NCBI RefSeq assembly: GCF_006345805.1
Contig: NC_043003.1
Location: 65,100,001 to 65,164,000, forward strand
From: Octopus sinensis
Lineage: Eukaryota
Reading direction: 5' to 3'
Length of the DNA: 64,000 nt
Shown here: piece by piece, positions 27,958 to 38,888 of the stretch
How the letters are laid out: each line of letters opens with the position of its first letter
How positions within the stretch are numbered: position 1 is the first letter of the stretch
Position numbers and translations under genes: made by a program
Notes under the pieces: generated by a model
What the model was told of the DNA's origin: nothing
The model's database searches: none
Seen by the model: the letters and a program-made list of their open reading frames with translations, nothing else

Positions 27958-28072
27958 ATATGTACGTATAGATAGAAATGGCAAGACAACAAAAGAAGGA
28001 AGAAGAGCTCGATATATGTAAATAGAGAAATTTATCTGTAAATATAATATGTGACAATTATTCGGTAGCCAT

Positions 28073-28136
28073 GATAAAACTCCGAGTTTCGAATGTCAGG
28101 CTGGAAATCCACGCCGGTATCTCTTCAGTTTTCCGG
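28073..28136 (-). ncRNA. Candidate type I hammerhead in a Penelope-like terminal repeat remnant
   Basis: Minus strand: ggaaaa-CTGAAGA-gataccggcgtggatttccagcctgacattc-GAAA-CTCGGAG-TT-ttatc. Intact core and near-palindromic helix III; helices I and II are imperfect. Confidence 0.55.
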
Positions 28137-28403
28137 TCATCGGAAAAAATGCTATGAAAATGACCGTTAAAACAGGGAAATTACTGTGTGATTGACCGTT
28201 ATTAAGACAAAAGAGCTATTAGAATGACCGCTAAGTGAGGGGAGGTAGTAAAGGTAAGGGAGTAAAAATGTTCATAGTAATCGCGTAAGCGCACGTGTAC
28301 ATATATACACATGCTCGCCCGCACATCCACGTACCTGCGCCTATATGCATTTACTCATCCACCCTCACTTGAAACGCACACATGCTCACCCACACATTCA
28401 CCA

Positions 28404-28568
28404 AGCTGGCAGAAACGTTAGCACGCCGGGCGAAATGCGTAACCGTATTTCGTCTGCCGTTACGTTCTGTGTTCAAATTCCGCCGAGGTCGACTTTGCCT
28501 TTAAATGGCGGTGCCCCAGCATGGCCACAGCTCATGAGCTGAAACTGGAAAAATCAAAATCAAAATCA
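28404..28568 (+). mobile_element. Short chimeric SINE: S2 head joined to an S1-like tail
   Basis: agctggcagaaacgttagcacgccgggcg...gactttgcct fused to ggcggtgccccagcatggccacagc...gctgaaac and an (AAAATC)n tail. Confidence 0.75.
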
Positions 28569-28694
28569 TACCCGCATACACGCTCACACACGCACACACA
28601 CACACATGCGCACAAAAAGGTTCATACACACTTCTATATACGTACATGCACAAGAAAAAACAGGGTTAAAGGCAAAATACAGAAAATGTATTAA

Positions 28695-28856
28695 AAAAGT
28701 GTAAAAAATAAGCAATAAGAGTAAAACACATCTATATACGCGCATATTCGCATGCACGCATGCATGCCGAAACTCGGAGTTTTATCATGGCTCCCGAATG
28801 ATTGTCACATATTATATTTACAGATATATGTATATATATATATATGTTTATTTACT

Positions 28857-28887
<31 letters not shown>

Positions 28888-29007
28888 GTATATATATATG
28901 TATACATATATATAGGTATATATGCCGAGTTTCGGCATGCATGCGTGCATGCGAGTATGCGCGTATATAGATGTGTTTTACTCTTATTGCTTATTTTTTA
29001 CACTTTT
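28695..29007. repeat. 83-bp inverted repeat with ~150-bp spacer
   Basis: 28695-28777 is the reverse complement of 28925-29007, with one mismatch seen. Confidence 0.9.
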
Positions 29008-29077
29008 AAGGATTTTAAGGATTTAAAGGATTTAGGATATACATATACATATATATATATGTATAATATATATGTAC

Positions 29078-29117
<40 letters not shown>

Positions 29118-29193
29118 TATATACATATATAATATACATATATATATACATTACATATACATATACATATATATACATATACATATACAATAT

Positions 29194-29265
<72 letters not shown>

Positions 29266-29277
29266 ATATATATATAT

Positions 29278-29447
29278 CCTCTGTCCTCTCCGTCTCGGGA
29301 TCTTTCTTTCTCCTATGTTTCCGACGAAGAGCTCCGCTCGAAACGTCATACCCACCTTCTTCCATTTTCCTGAGGGCCTAATAATAATAATACTGTAATT
29401 GTTCCACGTATTGTTGTTTTTTCTGTTTTCCCCCGTTTGGATTAACT
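29278..29447 (+). mobile_element. ~170-bp dispersed repeat with minimal hammerhead motif (copy 1)
   Basis: GTTT-CcGACGA-A-GAGC-TCC-GCTC-GAAA-CG-TC-AtAC at 29317-29351. Homologous to 56128-56303; flanked by (TA)n. Confidence 0.65.
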
Positions 29448-29507
29448 TATTATATATATATATATATATATAACAAAGTTGAGTGTGGGGTATCGCACGA
29501 GTGGAAT

Positions 29508-29643
29508 TATATACGAAAGAAGGTTTGAAAATGCAATTTAAAAGATGTTTAGTTACTTAACCGGTTGTTCACTCTTTTTTCCAAAGAGTGAAACCGGTTA
29601 AGTAAATAAACATCTTTTAAATTGCATTTTCAAACCTTCTTTC

Positions 29644-29650
<7 letters not shown>
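29508..29650. repeat. Near-perfect ~70-bp-arm hairpin
   Basis: Arms differ by one substitution and a 2-nt indel; the loop is about 5 nt. Confidence 0.9.
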
Positions 29651-29686
<36 letters not shown>

Positions 29687-29702
29687 ATATATGTATATAT
29701 AC

Positions 29703-29852
29703 GTGTGGTAAGTAGCTTGTTTACCAACCACATGGTTCCGGGTTCAGTCCCACTGCGTGGCACCTTGGGCAAGTGTCTTCTACTATAGCCTCCGGCAGAC
29801 CAAAGCCTTGTGAGTGAATTTGGTAGACGGAAACCTGAAAGAACCTGTCGTA

Positions 29853-29900
<48 letters not shown>

Positions 29901-30122
29901 TGTGTGTGTTTGTGTGAGTGTGTTTGCCCCCCTAGCATTTCTTGACAACCGATGCTGGTGTGTTTATGTCCTCGTTACCTAGCGGTTCGGCAAAAGAGAC
30001 CGATACAATAAGTACTGGGCTTACAAAAAGAATAAGTCCCGGGGTCGAGTTGCTTGATTAAAGGCGGTGCTCCAGCATGGCCGCTGTCAAATGACTGAAA
30101 CAAGTAAAAGAGTAAAAGAGTA
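29703..30122 (+). mobile_element. SINE S1, nearly complete
   Basis: Head with GGTTCAGTCCC B-box-like motif, internal (TA)n(TG)n, and tail ...TGACTGAAACAAGTAAAAGAGTAAAAGAG. Confidence 0.9.
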
Positions 30123-30675
30123 TATATATATATATATATGTGGGGAGAGAGACTCAGAAACACACAGAGCAATAGACCTTATTTATACATTAGGCATATA
30201 TACACAAATATACAAATGTATACACATTTCCACACTGATACATTCACTAATATTGTTTAATACAAATCCACCCCGCCACACACACACACAAACACATGCA
30301 AACATACGCACACACAGCACAAACACACTCACTTGCTCATACACTGAAATAGAAATATACGTTCGTATGTTAAAATACGTAAATACAGACAACTGCTAGG
30401 AATCCACTGTCATACAAATACATATACATACAGACATACATGTATACATGCACACACACACTTAAGTCCACACACATACACACTAATATTATTAAATATA
30501 CATTCAAGTACAATCTAAATCGCTGGTACAGAGACATATACCCTCGTATTTATACACACTTTTGCATTGAAATACGAAAACATAACCGTGGACATGTGTA
30601 CACGCATGTAAACTAATGTTCACATGCATGTATACACATCTGCAAATAGGGTACACACACACATGTGCACGCGCA

Positions 30676-30711
<36 letters not shown>

Positions 30712-31469
30712 GCACACACATATAGACGAATAAAACACCCTCATGCGTGCTTACACAAAAATATATACAGAGATATGCATACTGAAACATACACATATAA
30801 ATACAGACGGATCCTCAACCCCACACAAACAATCCCCCCCCCACCACACACACACATGCATTCACACTCATTCACTCACTCACTCACTCACTCACTCACT
30901 CCCAGTCACACGTATCAACAATCACCGAATCGTAGATTTTAACGATCCTCCATATTTCCGCCGTTATTTTCTCATATTTTAGATAAATATTACAGCAGAA
31001 ATACATGCGTTGCTTATCTTTAATATAACATTGTTATATCACCTCATATTTTCCTACCTAGGGACCAATGACAAATGCTTGATAAACAAGCGATAATTGT
31101 CAATTCTTCAGGCCATCATCATATTGTGACATAAATTGTCAATTATCTCGTGTTGCCATAGAAAATATGCATCTTATCGCTAATAACATGATTTACTTTA
31201 TCTATTTTATATTTCTTTGTTTTACTGGCTCTTAGTCATTGGACTTGCGGTCATACAAGGGTATGGCTGTCTTCAGTGGTTTAGCTGAGATATATTTCAT
31301 AGCTTTTTTTGTTCCTCTTTATGTTATTGATCCTGTTATGAAGCAACTGTGCAATAGATTTTGAAATACAGGCTTTGCAAAAATAGTAATCATAATAGAT
31401 AAACTGAGACGCAAAAAACACTGAATGAAGACCACTGAATCACCCTCACATCTTCCATATTATTCTGAT

Positions 31470-31650
31470 TAAGGCGACGAGCTGGCAGAATTGATATCAC
31501 GCCGAGTAGAATGCTTTTCGTCATTTCGTCCATCTTCAAGTTCTCAAATTTGCCTTTCATTCTTTCGGAGTCGATAAAATAAGTACCAGTAGAGTATTAG
31601 CATCGATCTAACCGACTTAAGGCCCTTTCATGCCAAAATTTAAAACCAGT
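31470..31650 (+). mobile_element. SINE S2, decayed
   Basis: aaggcgacgagctggcagaa head and gcctttcattctttcggagtcgataaaataagtaccag central domain. Confidence 0.75.
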
Positions 31651-31857
31651 ATTAATTTTCTGATTCGGAGCATGCAAAATCTTCAATATTAATATCCAAG
31701 TTCTTCCTTTTAACTTGATTTTGTAGTATCAATTCGGATTTCGAATCGCAATATGAGTAAATACATCACACTTTTTCTCCATTTCTTTTTCAATCGAAGT
31801 CAACTTCGATGGACTTTGTGATTCTCGCAATCCGCTGCGACCAGATCATCGACCGAG

Positions 31858-31888
31858 CAATGAGGCGCCTTGGCATAGCCTTTTTATA
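31858..31888 (-). promoter_or_regulatory. Candidate Pol II core promoter (TATA + initiator)
   Basis: Minus strand TATAAAAA (31888-31881) with TCATT whose A lies 27 nt downstream, in a locally CpG-rich non-repeat patch. Motif evidence only. Confidence 0.3.
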
Positions 31889-32450
31889 CCGCCTATTTGA
31901 TGTCGCTGGATCGACGCTGACTTATTTGACTTTTAAATTTCTTTTGTCTTAATGCCTCTTTCATTATCTCCTTCTCCCGCTTTCCCTCTATGTATACAAG
32001 CACGTTTCTCTTTGTGTTTGAGGAGAGGGGATGCGTTATGCTAATCGTGTTTAATTTATAAATTGTAATATATATATATATATATATATAATATATATAT
32101 ATTATATATATATATATATATACACTCCACTCCTACTTTATCCGCTTGTGCCTCCGTCCTCTGTAAATATATGCAAAATAATTACTTCTCCTCTACCTAT
32201 TAAATATACATTGCTTCTCTGTTCTCTGACTTCAGATTTCGTCTCATAGCGTTCTTTCAGAAGTACAGAAGAATAGAGAGATTGGGTTAACAAATTCTTC
32301 TAAACAATACATGGGGTATGCAAGAGAGAGAGAGAGAGAGAAGAGAGAAAGAGTAAGAGGGAGAGAGAGAAACAGACAGACAGACAGGCAGACAGAAAGA
32401 CATATTGACAAGTAGAAACAGATAGAGATGGAGAGAGGAGAGAGAGAGAG

Positions 32451-32488
<38 letters not shown>

Positions 32489-32974
32489 AAATATGAATGA
32501 AAACTATTGAAAAAGAGTCAATGTCCTGCTTATTTGCATACCACTGCTTTCGTTGATGTTTCTTAACATGTTTGTAGATAAGTTGGTAAATATTTTTATA
32601 TGCGTACGCTCAATAAACATTTATGTGGAGTCGCTGTGTAGCTAAAGCAATCGGTTCTCTTTGCATAGAGTGAAAAATTAACTCGACTACTTTCATTGGA
32701 TATTATCGACTAATTGTATGTCTATTCGACAGACTAGTGTAAATTTACATACTTAATCCCAAACAGGCTGTCCCAGTTCTTACATTTGTATGTATGTGTT
32801 CAGTGTGTGTATATGTGTGTGTGTGTTTGTTTCTCATACTTGACAAAATGATTAACATATGTTAGGGTCAACAATTGTGTACCGCAGTTGCTTCTGTACT
32901 TCATCACTGAATGTAGTCGACGACTAATCAGGCGGTGAGGCAACTCTGTTTAGGTCCCTTTCAGCTTGACACCA

Positions 32975-33330
32975 GAGTATCCCGAGCTAGATCTAATGGC
33001 TTGCTTTATCAGCAGCTTCCACAATTTTCTCAGAATTTTCTGGTCACAACTTTACTGTCCTTTGCAGCTAACCCAATACACCTAAGCATCGAGTGAACCC
33101 TGGTTCGAACAAATCAATGGCAACAAGGTTGTTTCCTGAACAGGGTCATGGAAGACAACTCAGAGTATTCCTTCAGAAGTGTAGAAGAGTTTTTGACATG
33201 GGTTAACAGACACCTTTTTTTAAAAGAAGGCACATTGCTTCCTATCAATTATTTTCACCGACTTCAACCAACTCACTATACGAGATGCAATCCAGACGAT
33301 TTGAAACATCTTAAGAGAGCTAGTGTAGTA
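32975..33330 (-). mobile_element. Old HERO/NeSL-like RLE LINE C-terminal remnant
   Basis: Decayed frames give CH*FVRTRVHSMLRCIGL...IVEAADKASH*I*LG, resembling the GCRGF...EAAEKAS.W.W terminus of HERO-type elements. Confidence 0.45.
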
Positions 33331-33881
33331 GTCTACGTAGCTAAATAGTTGAATGATCTCCTTTGCAAGAAGGATTATAGATTAACCTCTCTTAACTATC
33401 TCGAAGCGTCTGTGTCATGAAACGTGATTCTTAATTATTCAAAAAGCTTAGCGTCTCTCCAGGAAGTTTCTAGAATGTCTAGCGTTCCATTAATAAAAAA
33501 CAGCTTGCTAACCTTGCTCTTTGCTTCTTAGTCGATTAGACTTAGAGCCATTCACATCACTGCTATGTCCGTCTATTTCTCTTACGCCACATGACTAAAA
33601 TCCACTACTTGGCTGTTATTTCTATATTTCCTACATCTGAACTTTCTTGTATAGATTACTTCATTCAACTAGATTCTGCATTTTGATTATGTATCATCAT
33701 CGACCAGTAAATAAAATATATTTTTATGTAGTAAATATATAGTTCTTGAATTTATTCTTCATCTCTATATGAAGTCCTGTAATAATATACCCACAGCTAT
33801 ATTAAAACCTGGTACTGAATATATATTCCCACTACAGTAGTTATAACTCTTCTAGAATATATCATTATTATACACCTAAGA

Positions 33882-34168
33882 GTGGAGGCGCATGGCCTAA
33901 TGGTTAGACCAGCGGACTCATGGTCACAGGATCGCGGATTCGAATCTCAGACCGTGCAATGTGTGTGTTTATGAGCGAGACATTACAGGAAGTAATGGCG
34001 AACTTCTGCTGACTCTTTCGCCACAACTTTCTCTCACTCTTTTTTCCCGCATCTAGCAGCTCACATACGACGGACCGGCGTCCCGTCCAGGCGGGGAACC
34101 TATACGACAATGAAACCATGGAAACAGCCCTTATGAGCCTGGCATGACTCGAGAAGGAACAAACAACA
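33882..34168 (+). mobile_element. SINE S3 (body A variant + tail Y)
   Basis: GTGGAGGCGCATGGCCTAATGG...GGATTCGAATC head. Tail ggaccggcgtcccgtccag...atgagcctggc shared with 37180-37255. Confidence 0.8.
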
Positions 34169-34299
34169 TACATCTAAGAATCTGACCAGTCAACTTTGTA
34201 TTACAGCTTCGAGGCTGTAGTAACATTTTGAAAAAAACCTTGTAAACACTGCTTGTCACTGCTGACTAGTTTGCAGAAAGCAGTCGGGACAGGAAGACA

Positions 34300-35220
34300 A
34301 CTTGGAAATTCGATATGAAACAAGTTTTTGTGCTAAACTGGGCAACAGCAGTTGAGAAACTTATGAAATGCCCTAAACTGCTTATGGGTTAAGTTGGAGC
34401 AGAAGGTTCAAGAACAGTAAGAGACGTTGAGAGATGGAGGAAGGAGAGGGACATCAGATCATCAGAGCTGGTTGATGTTCTAAATTCGTAATTTATCGTC
34501 ATATGTCTACAAAAACAATAAGGATATAGTTTGGAGTTACTGCGGCAACTGTACACAGAATTATTCAACTGAATATGAGCAAAATTGTGCAAAGATTTTT
34601 CTTTGAGTGCTAAATGACGAACAGAAGAAAAGACGCATTGGTAATAGCGGAGATATGGCTGAGCTCGTTATCTCCAATCTAAGAATATTGGAGTCTCAGT
34701 GACTTGTGAGGAAAACTGGATCTACAGTTATAATCCAGAAAGCAAGAGACAGAGTGACAAAAGGAAGCATTCTGGTTTCTCCGGACTCAAGAATTCCAAG
34801 CAAATCATGGTGATTCCCTTTATCGGCAGCAATGGTATCATCTACAAAGAGTACTTTTCGAAGGTTTAGCGGGAGTTCGAGAGAAGATTTCGTAGCAAAA
34901 GATCGAAGCTCTTTCACACGGGTTGGTGGTACCTGCCCCAGGGCAATGCACCAAACTACACTTTTATCCTGTTAACCGAGTCCTTGATAGAAGTGGACAT
35001 CAAAACCTGTCCCTCACTCACCCTACAATCCAAATTTTCACCCTGTCAGTTTTGTTTGTTCCCCAAGCTAAAGGAGAATATAAAAGAGGCTGTGACGAGG
35101 GTCTTGGACCCCATCAGATGGAAGGACTCCACGAAATTGCTGGAGAGCTACAAGTGCATTGATGTCGAGGAACCTACTTTGAAGGCGATTAGAATGTTGT
35201 ACGTCTTTAAGATTAATAAA
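34300..35220 (+). mobile_element. Decayed mariner transposase
   Basis: Remnants KFCAKLG, WIYSYNPESKRQS and HPYNP.FSPCQFCLFPKLKE (compare the mariner YSPDLAP.DF.LFPKLK motif). Confidence 0.75.
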
Positions 35221-35740
35221 AGTCTACATTATTTTCATTATATACATTATTTACATTTGACGGATAACACAAGGGCACTGAAATTTTGTGTCTAAGGCCA
35301 GCTGGTGACGTTGATCTCCTGGGGCTAAAAGCATCAGTAACACCCCACCCCCAGTGGCTAGCCACATTCAGATGGCTAGTACACTTTACGTTGTCGAGCG
35401 GTTACTGTTTATATCTCGTTCAGAGATTTATTAATGCTTTCAGACAGTTTTTCTAAATCAGTGACAGTGGTTGCTGTGAAAAACGTTAAATATTATTAGT
35501 TGCAAAGGTCTCCTTCATCGAAAACCGGTGTTTACCATGCGTTGACGAGAGGCAATTACCTTGAAACTATAGTCCGTATGTATCACTTAGGTTTTCGAGG
35601 GAGGATGACCTCCCTTTGCAAATAACACAAGGGCACTGACAATGTGGCAAGGACACTCTAGCCTTCGTCAGGTGTCTTGGGAAAATTTCGAACCTGGGTT
35701 CTCATTCCTAAGGTATTATTCGATGTTGTTGTTGTTATTC

Positions 35741-35926
35741 TTTTACTCTTTTACTTGTTTCAGTTATTTGACTGCGGCCATGCTGGAGCACCGCCTTTAG
35801 TGGAGCAAATCGACACCAGGACTTATTCTTTGTAAGCATGTACTTATTCACTTTTGCCGAACCGCTAAGTTACGGGGACGCAAACACACCAGCATTGGTT
35901 GTCAAGCGATATTGGGATGATAAACA

Positions 35927-35988
<62 letters not shown>

Positions 35989-36155
35989 TACGACGGGCTT
36001 CTTTTAGTTTCCGTCTACCAAATCCACTCATAAGGCTTTGATCAGCCCGAGGCTATAGAAGAAGACACTTGCCACATGTGCCACCTCACCGGACTGAACC
36101 CGGAACCATGTGGTTGGTAAGCAATCTACTTACCACACAGCCACCCCTGCACCTA
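35741..36155 (-). mobile_element. SINE S1, full length
   Basis: Head, internal microsatellite and tail are all present. Confidence 0.9.
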
Positions 36156-36198
36156 TACAATTATTATTATTATTATTATTATCATTATTATTATTAAT

Positions 36199-36372
36199 TT
36201 CAGTAGTTTTATTTTTATAGCGTGCTTTCACTTCACTACCGAGCGCAGCTCTGTGTGCCTTGGGTATGTGCTGTGATTTGTTGTGATGCTCTGATGGTTA
36301 TTGTATGGAAAGTGTTCTGCGTAGGATGTGTGCAGTGCCTAGTAGTGCAATTTTCTGTATGTTATATGTGTT
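36199..36372 (-). mobile_element. Severely 5'-truncated Dong subfamily A copy (last ~175 nt)
   Basis: Reverse complement is almost identical to 19688-19860; (TTA)n on both sides. Confidence 0.92.
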
Positions 36373-36391
36373 TATTATTATTATTATTATT

Positions 36392-36466
36392 CAGGTTACT
36401 GCCTGGAATCGAACTCGGAATTTTTGGGTTAGTAGTCCGCGCCCTTAACCTCTACGCTATATGCCC
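36392..36466 (-). pseudogene. tRNA-derived head (Pol III A/B boxes), not a functional tRNA
   Basis: GGGCATATAGCGTAGAGGTTAAGGGCGCGGACTACTAACCCAAAAATTCCGAGTTCGATTCCAGGCAGTAACCTG: D-arm, anticodon-like and T-arm motifs, but no acceptor-stem pairing. Confidence 0.75.
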
Positions 36467-36958
36467 GTGGGCGTAGTAATTAAGATCGGAGGACAAATAT
36501 TCATCGAATGTAAATAATGTAAATAACGTACATAACTCCTCATCTCTTATAATATAGAACTGTAATAAAAGGTCAGTTCAGAAAAAAGTGTCAAAACTTT
36601 TGGAATGAACCTTGTATTTTCTGTGTGATGACGTAACAGAATGTTTCCTTCTTTGCATTTCTATTTTTGATATTTAATGATTATTGCTTTAAACACAGAA
36701 CACTGATATAACACAATTGTTTTACATGAAGATGTTGCTTCCGGGTGATTCACTGCATGCAAACAAATGCACTCACCTACTTATGCACTTTGCACATAGT
36801 ACTTAGCATGAGTGGAGAGAAAGATGTTTTATGTGTCATATTTACCAGAACAGTCAAATATAGATCAAATGGCTTCGTATGTTTTTCTTGACTTGCAATA
36901 ATTGCAACGTGAACAGAAACAACAAAGAGTTGTTGAATTGATATAATTACTGAAACCG

Positions 36959-36993
<35 letters not shown>

Positions 36994-37024
36994 TGTGCGT
37001 GCGTGCGTGCATGCATATATATAT

Positions 37025-37278
37025 GTGGAGGCGCGTGACTTAGTGGTCAGGGTGTCAGCACCATGATCGTAAGATTGTGGTTTCGATTCCTGGACAGAGC
37101 GATGCGTTGTGTTCTTGAGCAAAACACTTCATTTCACGTCGCTCCAGTCCACTCAGCTGGCAAAAATGAGTAACGCTCCGATGGACTGGCGTCCCGTCCA
37201 GATGGGGAACATATACTCCATTGAAACAGGGAAACCGGGCCCATGAGCCTGGCTAGGCTTTAAAAGGCGCATTTATTT
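37025..37278 (+). mobile_element. SINE S3 (CORE-like body B + tail Y)
   Basis: tRNA head, gtgttcttgagcaaaacacttc...ccactcagctggcaaaaatgagt, then tail Y. Confidence 0.85.
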
Positions 37279-37308
37279 ATTATAATTTATATATATATAT
37301 ATATACAT

Positions 37309-37617
37309 ATCACGTGAGCACGTGACTGACCAGACCATTAGATGTTGCTACACATCGCTGGTCACAATGCGCTTCGCATTGCTTTAGCCTTCAAATGACG
37401 CCACCCCGCTGGCTAAGCGAGGAGGCTAACAGAAGAAAGAGCGAGAGAAAGTTGTGGCGAAAGAGTACAGCAGGGATTATCCCCACCCTGCCTGAGCCTC
37501 GTGGAGCTTTAGGCGTTTTCACTCAATAAACACTCACAGCGCCCGGTCTGGGAATCGAAACCGCGATCCTATGTCAGCGAGTCCGCTGCCCTAACCACTG
37601 GTCCATTGCGCCTCCAC
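37309..37617 (-). mobile_element. SINE S3 (body A + tail Z)
   Basis: Head and body near-identical to 1220-1400, but a different tail ending ...GGTCTGGTCAGTCACGTGCTCACGTGAT. Confidence 0.85.
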
Positions 37618-37621
37618 ACAC

Positions 37622-37652
<31 letters not shown>

Positions 37653-38558
37653 TATGTATATACATATACAACTATATATATATGCGTATATGGTAGTGTA
37701 AATACATGATAGCCATATTAGACAGGGAATTAGACAACGTGGGCAGATAAAAAACTATTTGAAAAAAATTAAAAAGTAATATAGAGTAAGAAAGAAAGAA
37801 ATTAAGAGAAACAAAGAAACAAAACCACAATTGCTTAAGGTGTGCGCAGACTCACACACACACATACACACACACACATGGAGAAGAACTTTCGTAACTA
37901 TCTAAGAAATCTGAACGATACGAACATTTTGAAATATTTGCCTGGTGTGCGGCGAGCGAACACCTGTTACTGACGAAGCGCAATATGCTAAAATCATGTG
38001 GTATGTATGGTTGTTCTGGCTCTCATGCCAGACGGTTCTCGCCTACTAACGATATATGTTTATCGTTTTAGCAATCTGCGTCCATATGAGAGTATCTCTC
38101 AAGGCGACAACGGCTGTATGCAGTGTTCTAATAACACACCCTTATTAAATAGATTCTGAAGAATCCGAGTTCAGTAAGCAAACCCGAAGGCAATAAATAA
38201 CGGAGAAGAGCGACACACACAGACCCTTTTTGTTTACAAATTTAGAAATATATATATACGAGATCATCTATGCTGTAAAAATGTCTTAAGTTGATGGATG
38301 GGCAATGTGGCTGCAATGGGTGTGTACGGAGCCATGTAAGCATTGATGTTGTGTTCAATTTCCAGTGGTTCGGCCAATCGTTCGGCGATTATTTAGGTCT
38401 AGTTGCTTTAAATGAGCATATATTATTATATAAATAATATACAATTTTAGTTATTATTAAAAAGAACCTATGTGCGTCGCTCTTCTCCGTAACTTACAGC
38501 TTTCGGGTTTGTTTACAAATTTATGAATATATATATATATATATATGTGTGTATATAC

Positions 38559-38614
<56 letters not shown>

Positions 38615-38822
38615 TATATATATACATATATACACATATATACAAGCACACATATATATACACACATGCATATATACATACATACACGAATACGTATATA
38701 TACATATACATATGTATGCATATATGTACGTATGTGTATATGTGTATGTGTGTGCATGTCTTTGAGTACAGGGGTCAGTCTAACCGACCCAAATTTTAGG
38801 CCCTGTGCCTATAGTAGAAAGG

Positions 38823-38870
<48 letters not shown>

Positions 38871-38888
38871 GCTGTTGTTGTTGTTGTT

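Noticed and set aside
36392-36466. Functional tRNA gene
   Set aside because: There is no acceptor-stem pairing and it lies within a repeat. The same applies to the tRNA-like heads of the S1-S3 SINEs.
37969-38005. CTGACGA-AGCG...TGCT-AAAA hammerhead-like string
   Set aside because: GAAA is absent and there is no helix I or III; could be chance.
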